The notes under the pieces are model-generated. The model worked only from the letters and a program-made list of their open reading frames with translations. It did not search any database and had not been told where the DNA came from. Shown one piece after another: positions 28,597 to 37,905 of a DNA stretch of 64,000 bases (the first letter of the stretch is position 1; each line of letters opens with the position of its first letter). The stretch covers positions 12,323 through 76,322 of the forward strand of contig CAUPVK010000002.1 in the NCBI GenBank assembly GCA_963514895.1, written 5' to 3'. Origin of the DNA: an uncultured Candidatus Saccharibacteria bacterium (lineage in GTDB: Bacteria > Patescibacteriota > Saccharimonadia > Saccharimonadales > Saccharimonadaceae). The translations under genes were made by a program, and so were the position numbers.

Positions 28597-29226
28597 TCAT
28601 TGCCCCTCTATCTTATCCATCAGTTTCGTCAGCTTCACGCCACCGTACATCCAGTGGTCAGCGCCGCGGTATGCACCGGAGTTGTTGACTTCGCCGCGTT
28701 GGGTGTAGATCAGGCGGGTGAGGGCAGACAGGCGCCAGGTTTTGCCGCCGTAGGATACCTCGCGTGGGCCGGCTACAACGGCGGTGATAGTTGGGTCTTT
28801 GATAAAGTGGATGCTCGCGCCCTTTTCAATACCCTTTTTATAAAAGCTAAAGCGCTGATCTTGCTGGTGCGCGGTGGTAACGGCTTCGAACGAGTCGGCC
28901 TTGCTAGCGAATTGAGTTGGCTTTGGGTAAATTTGCGTGCCATCAAGGGCAAGCAGCAGCCGCTGGATAAGATATTCATCGAGCGCAAAGAACTCACTCC
29001 GGCCAATGCGGTGCTTGCTAAAGACTTCGTGCAGGAGCTGCTCCTTTTTGTGGTAATTATCTACCTCAATGGCGACCAGCCGCTGCAACCCAGTGATATT
29101 AGAATAGCCGTTGGACTCAAGATACTGCATGCGCGCCTCGAAGCGGTCGGTGCTGGTCTTGCCAATCTTGACCAAGCCATCAATGGCACTGGTCATAACA
29201 TAAATCACTCCGCGCGGCTCGGACAT
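28597..29226 (-). CDS. GIY-YIG-like T5orf172/MUG113 domain protein
   Basis: 'GVIYVMTSAIDGLVKIGKTSTDRFEARMQYL......LLHEVFSKHRIGRSEFFAL' fits the T5orf172 pattern. The C-terminal half was not identified. It is divergent from hsdM. Confidence 0.5.
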   Translation of the reverse strand: MSEPRGVIYVMTSAIDGLVKIGKTSTDRFEARMQYLESNGYSNITGLQRLVAIEVDNYHKKEQLLHEVFSKHRIGRSEFFALDEYLIQRLLLALDGTQIYPKPTQFASKADSFEAVTTAHQQDQRFSFYKKGIEKGASIHFIKDPTITAVVAGPREVSYGGKTWRLSALTRLIYTQRGEVNNSGAYRGADHWMYGGVKLTKLMDKIEGQ

Positions 29227-29292
29227 GGTTTTATTGTAGCAGACTATGGGGTAGGGGAACAGTATTCTAGATAAATCTGCTATAATTCCCTT

Positions 29293-30771
29293 ATGAATAT
29301 GAGGGATCTTGAAAGGCAGCTGTGGGCTGCAGCGGATAAATTACGGGGTAATATCAGCTCGTCGGATTATAAATATGTTGTGTTGGGGCTAATTTTTCTG
29401 AAATATGTTTCAGATGCGTTTTCGGCGCGGTATCAGGCGGCGGTTGATGACAATTATGATCCCGAAGATCGGGATTGGTATCTGGCGGAGAATGTTTTTT
29501 GGATTCCCAAGGAGGCTCGCTGGGAGCACCTCGTGGCAAGCGCCAAGCAGCCAGAAATTGGCGTATTGGTTGATAGCGCCATGGAAGCAATTGAACGCGA
29601 CAATCTAAGTTTGAAGGGCGTTCTGCCGAAAAATTATGCTCGCGAAGCTCTAGATAAACGCCGCCTGGGTGAGCTTATCGATTTGTTTACAAACATCACA
29701 TTTGACACTGCTAGTTCTAAAGATTTGCTTGGTCAAGTCTATGAATATTTTATGGGTATGTTTGCCGACAGCGAGGGTAAACACGGCGGCGAATTCTACA
29801 CGCCGCGCTCCATCGTCAAGCTGCTGGTAGAAATGCTTGAGCCATACAGCGGGCGTGTGTACGACCCATGTTGCGGTAGCGGCGGTATGTTCGTCTGGAG
29901 CGAGAAGTTTGTCGAGGAGCATGCTGGACGTGTCAGTGATATCGCGGTGTATGGCCAGGAGCTCAACGAGACTACCTGGCGATTAGCGAAAATGAACATG
30001 GCAATTCGCGGAATAGATGCAAATATCAAACGCGGCGACACCTTGATGGATGACCAGCTTCCCGACCTGAAAGCGGATTATATCTTGGCCAATCCACCGT
30101 TTAATATTAGTGACTGGGGTCAAGAACATTTGCAGACTGACCCACGCTGGAAGTATGGACTGCCGCCAAAGGGTAATGCTAACTTTGCGTGGATTCAACA
30201 TATGATTCACCATTTGAGCCCGCGCGGTACGGCAGGCTTTGTGTTGGCAAACGGGAGCATGAGCAGCCAAACTGGCGGTGAAGGTGATATCCGTAAGCAG
30301 TTAGTGCTCAATGATATGGTTGACGCTATCGTCACGCTGCCGAGCCAACTGTTTCTCAACGTAGCTATACCGTGCTGCCTCTGGTTTGTGTCGCGTGATC
30401 GCGCCAATCGTCACGGCAAAGTACTGTTCATTGATGGGCGTAATTTGGGCAAAATGGTAACCCGTCGCAACCGCGAGCTGACCGAAGAAGATATTGCCAG
30501 GGTAGCGAAGACATATCATGACTACAAAACCGCCAGTGCGAATTACACTGACCAGCCGGGTTTCTGTAAAGTCGCTGATCTAGAAGAAATCAAGCAGCAT
30601 GATTATGTACTGACACCTGGCCGCTACGTGGGCATTGAAGAAACTGAGGAAGATGATGAGCTGTTCACTGAGAAATTTGCCCGGTTGACAGCTGAGCTAG
30701 AGGGTCAGTTTGCGAAGAGCCGCGAGCTAGAGGCGAAAATCAAGGTCAATTTGGAGAAGATCAAACTATGA
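29293..30771 (+). CDS. hsdM: Type I restriction-modification system, N6-adenine DNA methyltransferase subunit
   Basis: It has an HsdM N-terminal domain ('[10 protein letters not shown]'), the SAM motif '[11 protein letters not shown]' and the catalytic 'NPPFN'. Confidence 0.93.
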   Translation: MNMRDLERQLWAAADKLRGNISSSDYKYVVLGLIFLKYVSDAFSARYQAAVDDNYDPEDRDWYLAENVFWIPKEARWEHLVASAKQPEIGVLVDSAMEAIERDNLSLKGVLPKNYAREALDKRRLGELIDLFTNITFDTASSKDLLGQVYEYFMGMFADSEGKHGGEFYTPRSIVKLLVEMLEPYSGRVYDPCCGSGGMFVWSEKFVEEHAGRVSDIAVYGQELNETTWRLAKMNMAIRGIDANIKRGDTLMDDQLPDLKADYILANPPFNISDWGQEHLQTDPRWKYGLPPKGNANFAWIQHMIHHLSPRGTAGFVLANGSMSSQTGGEGDIRKQLVLNDMVDAIVTLPSQLFLNVAIPCCLWFVSRDRANRHGKVLFIDGRNLGKMVTRRNRELTEEDIARVAKTYHDYKTASANYTDQPGFCKVADLEEIKQHDYVLTPGRYVGIEETEEDDELFTEKFARLTAELEGQFAKSRELEAKIKVNLEKIKL

Positions 30772-30801
30772 ATCTTCAAGGGGAGCTAAGCACTGGGGCG
30801 A

Positions 30802-30822
30802 CTATAAAGAACTTCTTTATAG
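30802..30822. promoter_or_regulatory. Perfect palindrome between hsdM and the next gene
   Basis: CTATAAAGAA-c-TTCTTTATAG lies 31 nt after the hsdM stop. It could be a hairpin attenuator/terminator or a protein-binding site. Confidence 0.4.
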
Positions 30823-30910
30823 TACAGTGGTTTTATATTAAAAAGACTCACCTTGTAGTTAAATTAGCACAAAGCTATTCTCGTCCGTCGGTTTCATTCG
30901 GGGGTGGTTT

Positions 30911-32119
30911 GTGAATAAAAAATACTCAATAGAATTTGCCGTAGAGGCTTCGACTGAATTCAAAGCGATCAATCGTCTCAAAGACCTAGGCGTAAGTCAT
31001 GCCGATGAGGCGAAGCTATCCGACCTCGATCGGCAGGCCGGTCTCTTCATGATTAAGGTATCGATGCTAGAGTCTGAAATGACCGATGAGGTGTATCATA
31101 AGATATCTAAGGCAAAAGACGTCTTCATACTTTCTGATGAACTTTCGGCTGCTCGGGGTGAAAAAATCTTACAGCTCACACTGGTGATTGAAAGGCAGCT
31201 TAAGAAGTTGCTTGTCTGCATAATCCCAGAGATAGAAAAGGTTTTGATAGATATCATTAATAATCATCAAAAACATGGCATAAAATCAACACCCACAGGG
31301 ATAATCGAGTGGTGTCAAAAGATTCATGATTTTTCATTTGGTGAGCTTCCGGGCGTTCTAGAGGAAGATATATCACGGCTTGCTAGGGAAAGGCTTAATA
31401 CGGGAGATGCCATGCTGTTGCTAATAGCAGAGTCGAAAGATTTTGATAACCTAAAGTTACGGGCGACAAATTTATTTGAGACCAGGACAGTTTGGAATAG
31501 TATTTGTTCTATTTTGGAAAGCCCTGTGCAGTACGAGCATATATCTGGAGCTTTGAATAAAGTTATAGATGCACGCAATAAAGCGGCGCATCAGAGCATA
31601 ATAACCAAAAAAATACTCGACCAAACTAGAAAAAATCAGAAACACATAATGTCACGCATTGGTACTATTAAGAGCACCTACCGTGAAAACCTAAAGGTGA
31701 ACATGGAGCAGCTAAGTAAGTCTATGAAAGCTATCATGGATTCTGTAGCAACGATTGATCCTATGATATTTACCGAATATCAAAAACATATTTCTCAGAC
31801 ATTTCGACCTCTTACCGAAGCTGTTGCTAGATTGAAGCTAAATATTACCTCGCCAGAATTCAAAAAAAATGTTACATATAATTCAGAAATCCAGTCTCAG
31901 TTATCGAAAGCCACTGCCGAATCTCTTAGAAACATGAAGTCCTTGCAAGTGTATAACGATATTGCTAGAGAGCTGGCAAAAAATAATTTCACTAGGTATT
32001 TGCAAAATTCACTAAGCGAGATAGACAGAATACAGCCAGATATTCAGAGACTACTTGATACAAAGGGGACAAGAGGGGGTGATGAGGCGGCAGAAAAAGA
32101 TGAGGAGCAGAAACAATGA
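30911..32119 (+). CDS. Uncharacterised protein with a HEPN-like (Swt1-type) R-x4-H motif, embedded in the Type I R-M operon
   Basis: This is a 402-aa ORF with a GTG start. 'FGELPGVL...VWNSICSIL...LNKVIDARNKAAHQSI' is present, with the R codon at 31574-31576 and the H codon at 31589-31591. The all-helical, coiled-coil-like C-terminal half ends in an acidic tail. The stop overlaps the hsdS start (ATGA). Confidence 0.5.
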   Translation: MNKKYSIEFAVEASTEFKAINRLKDLGVSHADEAKLSDLDRQAGLFMIKVSMLESEMTDEVYHKISKAKDVFILSDELSAARGEKILQLTLVIERQLKKLLVCIIPEIEKVLIDIINNHQKHGIKSTPTGIIEWCQKIHDFSFGELPGVLEEDISRLARERLNTGDAMLLLIAESKDFDNLKLRATNLFETRTVWNSICSILESPVQYEHISGALNKVIDARNKAAHQSIITKKILDQTRKNQKHIMSRIGTIKSTYRENLKVNMEQLSKSMKAIMDSVATIDPMIFTEYQKHISQTFRPLTEAVARLKLNITSPEFKKNVTYNSEIQSQLSKATAESLRNMKSLQVYNDIARELAKNNFTRYLQNSLSEIDRIQPDIQRLLDTKGTRGGDEAAEKDEEQKQ

Positions 32120-33156
32120 TGCAGATTGTTTCGCTCTCCGATGCAATTACCTTGCAGCGTGGGTTTGACTTGCCCACCTCACAACGTAGACAGGGTAAAT
32201 ATCCAGTCGTAGCGTCTACCGGAACAACTACGACTCATGATAAGTTTAAGGTAAAAGGTCCAGGTGTGGTTATTGGTCGCTCTGGCAGTATTGGTGGTGG
32301 TCAATATGTCGAAAGTGACTTTTGGCCCCTAAATACTACACTTTGGGTCAAGGATTTTAAGGGTAATGATGAGAAATTTATTTATTATACTCTTAAGTCT
32401 TTAGACTTTTCTAGCTTTAACGTAGGTGCAGCTGTACCTACGTTAAATAGGAACCACTTGTCGGCGCTAAAAGTGCGCATTCCTGACGTAGATAAGCAAA
32501 AGAAAATTGCCAATATCCTCGGCAGTCTTGATGAAAAAATCGAGCTCAATCGCCGCATGAACAAAACCCTCGAACAGCTCGGTCAAGCTCTCTTTCGTCA
32601 TTATTTTGTTGATAAAGCTAGGCAGAGTAATGGCAATATACAGACTATACCTTTAGGAAAAAAGCTTCATCCAAAAAGAGGCAGAAGCCTTCAAGCTAGA
32701 GATATGATTTGTGGTGACACGCCGGTTATTAGCGGTGGACTGAAGCCAGCCGGATTTCACAATGAAGCAAATACGACCGCGCCAGTTATCACGATAAGTG
32801 CATCTGGAGCAAATGCTGGTTTTGTATCTGTCTGGGGTGAACCAGTTTGGTCGGCAGACTCTTCGTATATTGACTCAACAATTACCAAATATGTCTATAC
32901 CTACTATTTATTCCTCAAGAACAAGCAAAAAGAGATATACGATATGCAAACTGGCTCTGGTCAGCCGCATATTTATCCAAAGCACATAGAGCTTTTGGAG
33001 ATTGCTGATTTATCAGAATGCGAGTTTAATGATTTCGAGCAGAGAGTACGACCATTGTTTGATATGATACATGAAAACAAGAAGGAAATAGATTATTTAT
33101 CCAACATTCGTGATTTGCTTTTACCAAAACTAATTTCCGGAAAGATTAAGATATGA
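32116..33156 (+). CDS. hsdS: Type I restriction-modification system specificity subunit
   Basis: Two target-recognition domains are separated by the conserved helical spacer 'IANILGSLDEKIELNRRMNKTLEQLGQALF', and it ends with 'IRDLLLPKLISGKI'. Confidence 0.85.
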   Translation: MMQIVSLSDAITLQRGFDLPTSQRRQGKYPVVASTGTTTTHDKFKVKGPGVVIGRSGSIGGGQYVESDFWPLNTTLWVKDFKGNDEKFIYYTLKSLDFSSFNVGAAVPTLNRNHLSALKVRIPDVDKQKKIANILGSLDEKIELNRRMNKTLEQLGQALFRHYFVDKARQSNGNIQTIPLGKKLHPKRGRSLQARDMICGDTPVISGGLKPAGFHNEANTTAPVITISASGANAGFVSVWGEPVWSADSSYIDSTITKYVYTYYLFLKNKQKEIYDMQTGSGQPHIYPKHIELLEIADLSECEFNDFEQRVRPLFDMIHENKKEIDYLSNIRDLLLPKLISGKIKI

Positions 33157-34442
33157 AACGCACAAAAGCACAAATAGACAATTTATTAGACGATATAGCG
33201 CAATTTACCATAGTGCTAAGCAGTAGTAATTATAGTATAAACTATGGACCCAAAAACCTAAATTTCTCATCTTTCGAGAGAAGTATCGATGAAAATCTTA
33301 AATACTGGCACGATAAAAAGGGAGGCCAAGGCTTTTATGAGGAGTGGAAAAACCTCAAAAATAAATTTAATAGTATTAAAGAACATTTAGAGGCCGTTAG
33401 CGATAGCCCTGAATCAAAAGGTAATCTATCAAACTATCTATATAGTCATTTATCCAATGACAGAGTCGATAATAATGGAAAGCATACATATAGATTATCT
33501 GTAAATAGCCCTATTATCTCTGACGCAAATTGGCAATCCATAGACAGATTCATAGATTTTTATCTTGACCGTGTAGATGATGGTAGAGAATTACCAGACG
33601 CAATACGAAGGTACGTAGAGTTATGCAAAACTCCAATTCAGGTAGGAAATAGCCTATATCAAAGTTCAAATTATTCATATTATCCTGCGTTATTTATACT
33701 AAAAAATGAATTATCGCCTAAAAATGTAAGTATTAAGAATTTTGAACAAAAGACGCTACGGCCAGCGCAAGATAAGCTAGAGCAGTTGTTGCAAGAAGCT
33801 GGCGAGAACCAACAAGAAATAACCCATTTTATAGAAGAGAAGCATAAGGAAGTCCAGGATCAAGTTGATAAGAATATCGCTGAGATGGACGACTACAAAT
33901 TTAAAGTCAATGATTGGGAGACGAAAAAACATAAAAAACTGGATGTACTGGAAGATACTTATAGAAAGAAGTTGCAGCTTGAAGCGCCGGAAGTGCTTTG
34001 GAATGAACGGTCTGAAAAGTATAGAAAAAGAGCCAATTGGTGGACTGTAGGCTTAGTTCTTGCGGCGATTATCTTGTTGCTTGTCATCGCCTGGTTTGTC
34101 CATTCGCTTCATGAATTCCCAAAGGGGATTACTGAAAAAGTACCATTCTTGTCGCAGCAAGTACTTTTTATTGGTGTCATTTCTTTCTTTGTTTATATCA
34201 TACGCGTCATAGTAAAAATCGTTATGTCAAATCACCACATTGCAATGGAGTATGAACAAAAAGCGGCATTGACGAGGTTTTATCAGGCGTTAACCTACAA
34301 AGGGATTGAGGTAGACGATAACGAGAAGTTAATCATCATGAGCGCTCTATTCTCTAAAGCTGACACCGGTTTGGTTAAAACGAGTGAATCTGTTGACTTG
34401 GATAGCGTCTTGGGATTGATTACAAGGAATTCTGGAAAATAG
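33153..34442 (+). CDS. Uncharacterised protein with a C-terminal two-TM module, embedded in the Type I R-M operon
   Basis: This is a 429-aa ORF. The N-terminal ~290 aa are soluble, Lys/Glu/Asn-rich with a coiled coil. Then come 'ANWWTVGLVLAAIILLLVIAWFV' and 'VLFIGVISFFVYIIRVIVKIV', followed by a ~70-aa tail. The start overlaps the hsdS stop (ATGA). Confidence 0.55.
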   Translation: MKRTKAQIDNLLDDIAQFTIVLSSSNYSINYGPKNLNFSSFERSIDENLKYWHDKKGGQGFYEEWKNLKNKFNSIKEHLEAVSDSPESKGNLSNYLYSHLSNDRVDNNGKHTYRLSVNSPIISDANWQSIDRFIDFYLDRVDDGRELPDAIRRYVELCKTPIQVGNSLYQSSNYSYYPALFILKNELSPKNVSIKNFEQKTLRPAQDKLEQLLQEAGENQQEITHFIEEKHKEVQDQVDKNIAEMDDYKFKVNDWETKKHKKLDVLEDTYRKKLQLEAPEVLWNERSEKYRKRANWWTVGLVLAAIILLLVIAWFVHSLHEFPKGITEKVPFLSQQVLFIGVISFFVYIIRVIVKIVMSNHHIAMEYEQKAALTRFYQALTYKGIEVDDNEKLIIMSALFSKADTGLVKTSESVDLDSVLGLITRNSGK

Positions 34443-34528
34443 ATATAAGTGTTATAATGATGTGAAAATGATCAATAAAACATAAAATACGTTACCTGAA
34501 GAAAATACTCTAAATTTTAAAAGCCTAT

Positions 34529-37500
34529 ATGACCGAATCTCAAATCGAACAATACGCGCTTGATATTCTAGCTAATCTTGGCTGGCAAGTTTTACATGGG
34601 TCAGATATTGGTCCGGATGGTGCTATGGCTGAGCGTGAGCTGCGGCAGGTAGTGCTGCTGGGGCGGCTGTATGGTGCCCTGGTGCGGCTCAATCCACACA
34701 TTCCAGAACCAGCTTTAAATGAAGCGATGCGGCGTTTAACGCAGATTAGTAAGCCAAGCTTGATCGAGAATAACCACGTTTTTCATCAACTGCTGGTGGC
34801 TGGTGTGCCGGTGCAGTATCGCACATCGAGTGGCGAAGTGAAACACGATATCGTGCGGGTGGTTGATTTTACCTCGCCAAAAAACAATGATTTTGCGGCG
34901 GTGAATCAGCTGACGGTTCTGCAGGGTGACTATAATCGCCGGCCGGACATTGTGCTATTTGTGAATGGCTTGCCGCTGGTGGTGATTGAGCTGAAAAATG
35001 CGGCCGACACGAAGGCGAATTTGGCGGCAGCGTATCAGCAAATCCAGACGTACAAGCGAGAGATTAGTGATCTGTTCCGCTTTAATGAATTATGCGTAAC
35101 GAGCGATGGACTAGAGGCGGAGATGGGCACGATCACCAGTCCGCTGGAACGAATGATGCCATGGAAGACGATTGATGGTGAGAAGGAGGTTGGCAATGTG
35201 CCGATGCTGGGAGTGTTGCTGCGTGGTGTGTGCACGCCTGAACGCTTGCTGGATGTGGTGCAGAATTTTATCGTATTTGAGCATAGTGATGGTGACAAAT
35301 TGATTAAGAAAGTAGCTGCTTACCATCAATATTGGGTGGTAAATAAGGCGCTTGATCGGACGCTGGCAGCCAGTAGTGAACGCGGCGACCAGCGGGCTGG
35401 CGTAGTCTGGCATACGCAAGGGTCGGGCAAGAGCTTGAGCATGGTGTTTTACACTGGCAAGCTGATGAAGTCGCGCGATTTGCACAACCCGACCATCGTG
35501 GTGGTGACGGATCGCAATGATCTTGATGGTCAATTATTCGGTACGTTTAGTGCTTGTCGCGAGCTACTGGGAGAAGATCCAAAGCAAGCTAATTCACGGA
35601 GTGAACTCAGGAAGCTGTTGCAGCGCGAAGCAGGTGGAATTATCTTCACAACAATCCAAAAATTCTCGCCTGAGGGTGACGAAGATAAATTACCGATTTT
35701 GACTGATCGACGCAATGTTATCGTGATGGCAGATGAGGCCCATCGCAGTCAATATGGCTTGAAGGCACATGTCCGAGCTAGTGATGCTCAGCTGGTGTAT
35801 GGTTATGCCAAGTATATGCGCGATGCCTTGCCGAGTGCGAGCTACATTGGCTTTACGGGTACACCGATTGAAACGGATGACAAGTCAACGCCAGCGGTGT
35901 TTGGCGACTATATCGATATTTATGACGTCGAGCAGGCGGTGAAAGACGGCGCAACGGTGCCGATTTATTATGAGAGTCGGCTGGTTGATTTGAACATGGA
36001 CGAGGCAACGCGGCAGTGGCTGGATAAGGAAGTTGATGATTTGCTGGAGGGCGAAGAATTGAGCCGTCAGGATGCACTGAAGGCCGAGTATGCACAGAAA
36101 GAAGCCATCGTTGGTAATAGTGAGCGGCTGAATACTATCGCTTTGGACATTATTCAGCACTTTGAGGCTCGGCAAGGCGTCCTGAGTGGCAAAGGTATGA
36201 TCGTGACGATGAGCCGCAGTATTGCGGCTGATTTGTATGAAAAAATTGTGGCGTATCGGCCGGATTGGCACAGTGACGATGACGCACGCGGCGTAGTAAA
36301 GGTGATTATTACTGGTAGTGCTAGTGACCCTGACCATTTGCAACCGCATATTCGTAACAAGCAGCGGGTAAAGACGATCGAAAAGCGCATCAAAGATCCG
36401 AACGATCCGCTTGAATTGGTGATTGTATGTGACATGTGGCTGACAGGATTTGATGTGCCGAACATGCACACCATGTATCTGGATAAACCGCTCAAAGGGC
36501 ATAATTTGATGCAAGCGATTGCCAGGGTGAATCGAGTGTTTCCTGGGAAAACCGGCGGTTTGGTGGTTGACTATCTGGGTGTAGCGGGGGCGCTGCGCGA
36601 TGCTATTTCTGACTATACACGGAGCGGTGGTCAAGGCGTACCACAGCTTGATATTGCTGAGGCGGTGGCACAGATGCAGATGCGTTACGAGGTGGTGCGC
36701 GATTTGTTTGGTAACTTTGACTATCAACGATATTTTACCGCACCAACCGACCAACAGCTACAGATTATCTTGGATGCAGAGGAATATATTTTAGGATTGG
36801 AAGATGGTGAGAAGCGGTTGAAGCAGCATGTTTTGGAACTGAGTAAAGCATTTGCATTGGCGATGCCGAGGCCCGAGGCGCTGAAAATTCGCGAAGAAGT
36901 GGCGCTCTTCCAGGCAATAAAAGCTCGGCTGGAGAAAGTGTCCAGCTCGGCGGTGGTGACTGATGCTGAGTATCGCAGTGCGCTGAAACAAATTGTTGAT
37001 AAAGCAATTGCGCCAGTCGGTGTGGTCGATGTGTTTGAGGCGGCAGGGCTCAAAAAGCCGGAATTGTCGATTTTAAGTGATGAGTTTTTGGCCGAAATTC
37101 GTCATATGGAGCGCAAGAATTTGGCGGTGGAGGCGTTGCAAAAGCTGCTCGCTGATGAAATTAAGCTACGATTTTCGCGCAATTATGCCAAGGATACGAA
37201 GTTCTCAGACTTGCTGAGTCAAGCCTTGACACGGTATAGAAATGGGACAATTGAGGCCGCGCAAGTGATAGAGGAGCTGATTGCTATCGGCCAGGAAGTG
37301 CGCCAAACTGTCGAGAATGGAACGATTGACGGCCTCAGCGAGGATGAGGTTATCTTTTATGACGCGCTGGTTGAAAATGGTAGTGCTCGCGAAGTACTGG
37401 GTGATGCGCAGCTGCGTGATATCGCAAAAGTGTTACTAGAGCAAGTGCGTCGTGATGCCACGATTGACTGGGCAGAGCGTAAAAATGTTCAGGCAAAATT

Positions 37501-37660
37501 GAGGGTTAACGTCAAAAAGACGTTGGCAAAATATGGCTACCCACCAGATCAGCAGGCGCTAGCAACTGACATGGTACTAGAACAAGCTAAGCGCTATGGT
37601 AACGAGTGGAGTCAAAGACGCGCGGCGTATGATGCTGGTGGAGCGAGTCTGCTTGATTAA
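34529..37660 (+). CDS. hsdR: Type I restriction enzyme, endonuclease/translocase subunit
   Basis: It has an N-terminal PD-(D/E)xK region ('PDIVLFVNGLPLVVIELK') and SF2 helicase motifs 'HTQGSGKS', 'VMADEAHRSQ', 'FTGTP' and 'QAIARVNR'. Confidence 0.93.
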   Translation: MTESQIEQYALDILANLGWQVLHGSDIGPDGAMAERELRQVVLLGRLYGALVRLNPHIPEPALNEAMRRLTQISKPSLIENNHVFHQLLVAGVPVQYRTSSGEVKHDIVRVVDFTSPKNNDFAAVNQLTVLQGDYNRRPDIVLFVNGLPLVVIELKNAADTKANLAAAYQQIQTYKREISDLFRFNELCVTSDGLEAEMGTITSPLERMMPWKTIDGEKEVGNVPMLGVLLRGVCTPERLLDVVQNFIVFEHSDGDKLIKKVAAYHQYWVVNKALDRTLAASSERGDQRAGVVWHTQGSGKSLSMVFYTGKLMKSRDLHNPTIVVVTDRNDLDGQLFGTFSACRELLGEDPKQANSRSELRKLLQREAGGIIFTTIQKFSPEGDEDKLPILTDRRNVIVMADEAHRSQYGLKAHVRASDAQLVYGYAKYMRDALPSASYIGFTGTPIETDDKSTPAVFGDYIDIYDVEQAVKDGATVPIYYESRLVDLNMDEATRQWLDKEVDDLLEGEELSRQDALKAEYAQKEAIVGNSERLNTIALDIIQHFEARQGVLSGKGMIVTMSRSIAADLYEKIVAYRPDWHSDDDARGVVKVIITGSASDPDHLQPHIRNKQRVKTIEKRIKDPNDPLELVIVCDMWLTGFDVPNMHTMYLDKPLKGHNLMQAIARVNRVFPGKTGGLVVDYLGVAGALRDAISDYTRSGGQGVPQLDIAEAVAQMQMRYEVVRDLFGNFDYQRYFTAPTDQQLQIILDAEEYILGLEDGEKRLKQHVLELSKAFALAMPRPEALKIREEVALFQAIKARLEKVSSSAVVTDAEYRSALKQIVDKAIAPVGVVDVFEAAGLKKPELSILSDEFLAEIRHMERKNLAVEALQKLLADEIKLRFSRNYAKDTKFSDLLSQALTRYRNGTIEAAQVIEELIAIGQEVRQTVENGTIDGLSEDEVIFYDALVENGSAREVLGDAQLRDIAKVLLEQVRRDATIDWAERKNVQAKLRVNVKKTLAKYGYPPDQQALATDMVLEQAKRYGNEWSQRRAAYDAGGASLLD

Positions 37661-37905
37661 TGCGAGGCTCCATGAAAATCCCCACCACTATCAAACCCAA
37701 CTCCCGCCACCGCGAAGAAGTTGTGGTGGGTAGCGACGGCACGTATATCATCTACACCAAGGCGCCGGCAATTGAGGGCCGGGCGAACGCGGCGGCCATT
37801 AAGCTGTTGGCTAAGCATTTTGGTGTGAGCAAAAGCCAGGTTCGACTGTTGCGCGGGGCGACATCGAAGTATAAGGTATTTGATATTGACGGCATAGTTC
37901 TATAA
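37660..37905 (+). CDS. DUF167 (YggU-like) protein
   Basis: 'YTKAPAIEGRANAAAIKLLAKHFGVSKSQVRLLRGATSKYKVF' matches the DUF167 core. The first ATG overlaps the hsdR stop (TAATG). An alternative ATG lies at 37672. Confidence 0.65.
   Translation: MRGSMKIPTTIKPNSRHREEVVVGSDGTYIIYTKAPAIEGRANAAAIKLLAKHFGVSKSQVRLLRGATSKYKVFDIDGIVL

Noticed and set aside
35885-36754. 289-aa and other long ORFs antisense to hsdR, plus similar antisense ORFs in pilB, pilC, the VirD4-like gene and the MFS gene.
   Set aside because: They are shadow ORFs of strongly supported conserved genes, with no independent signals.
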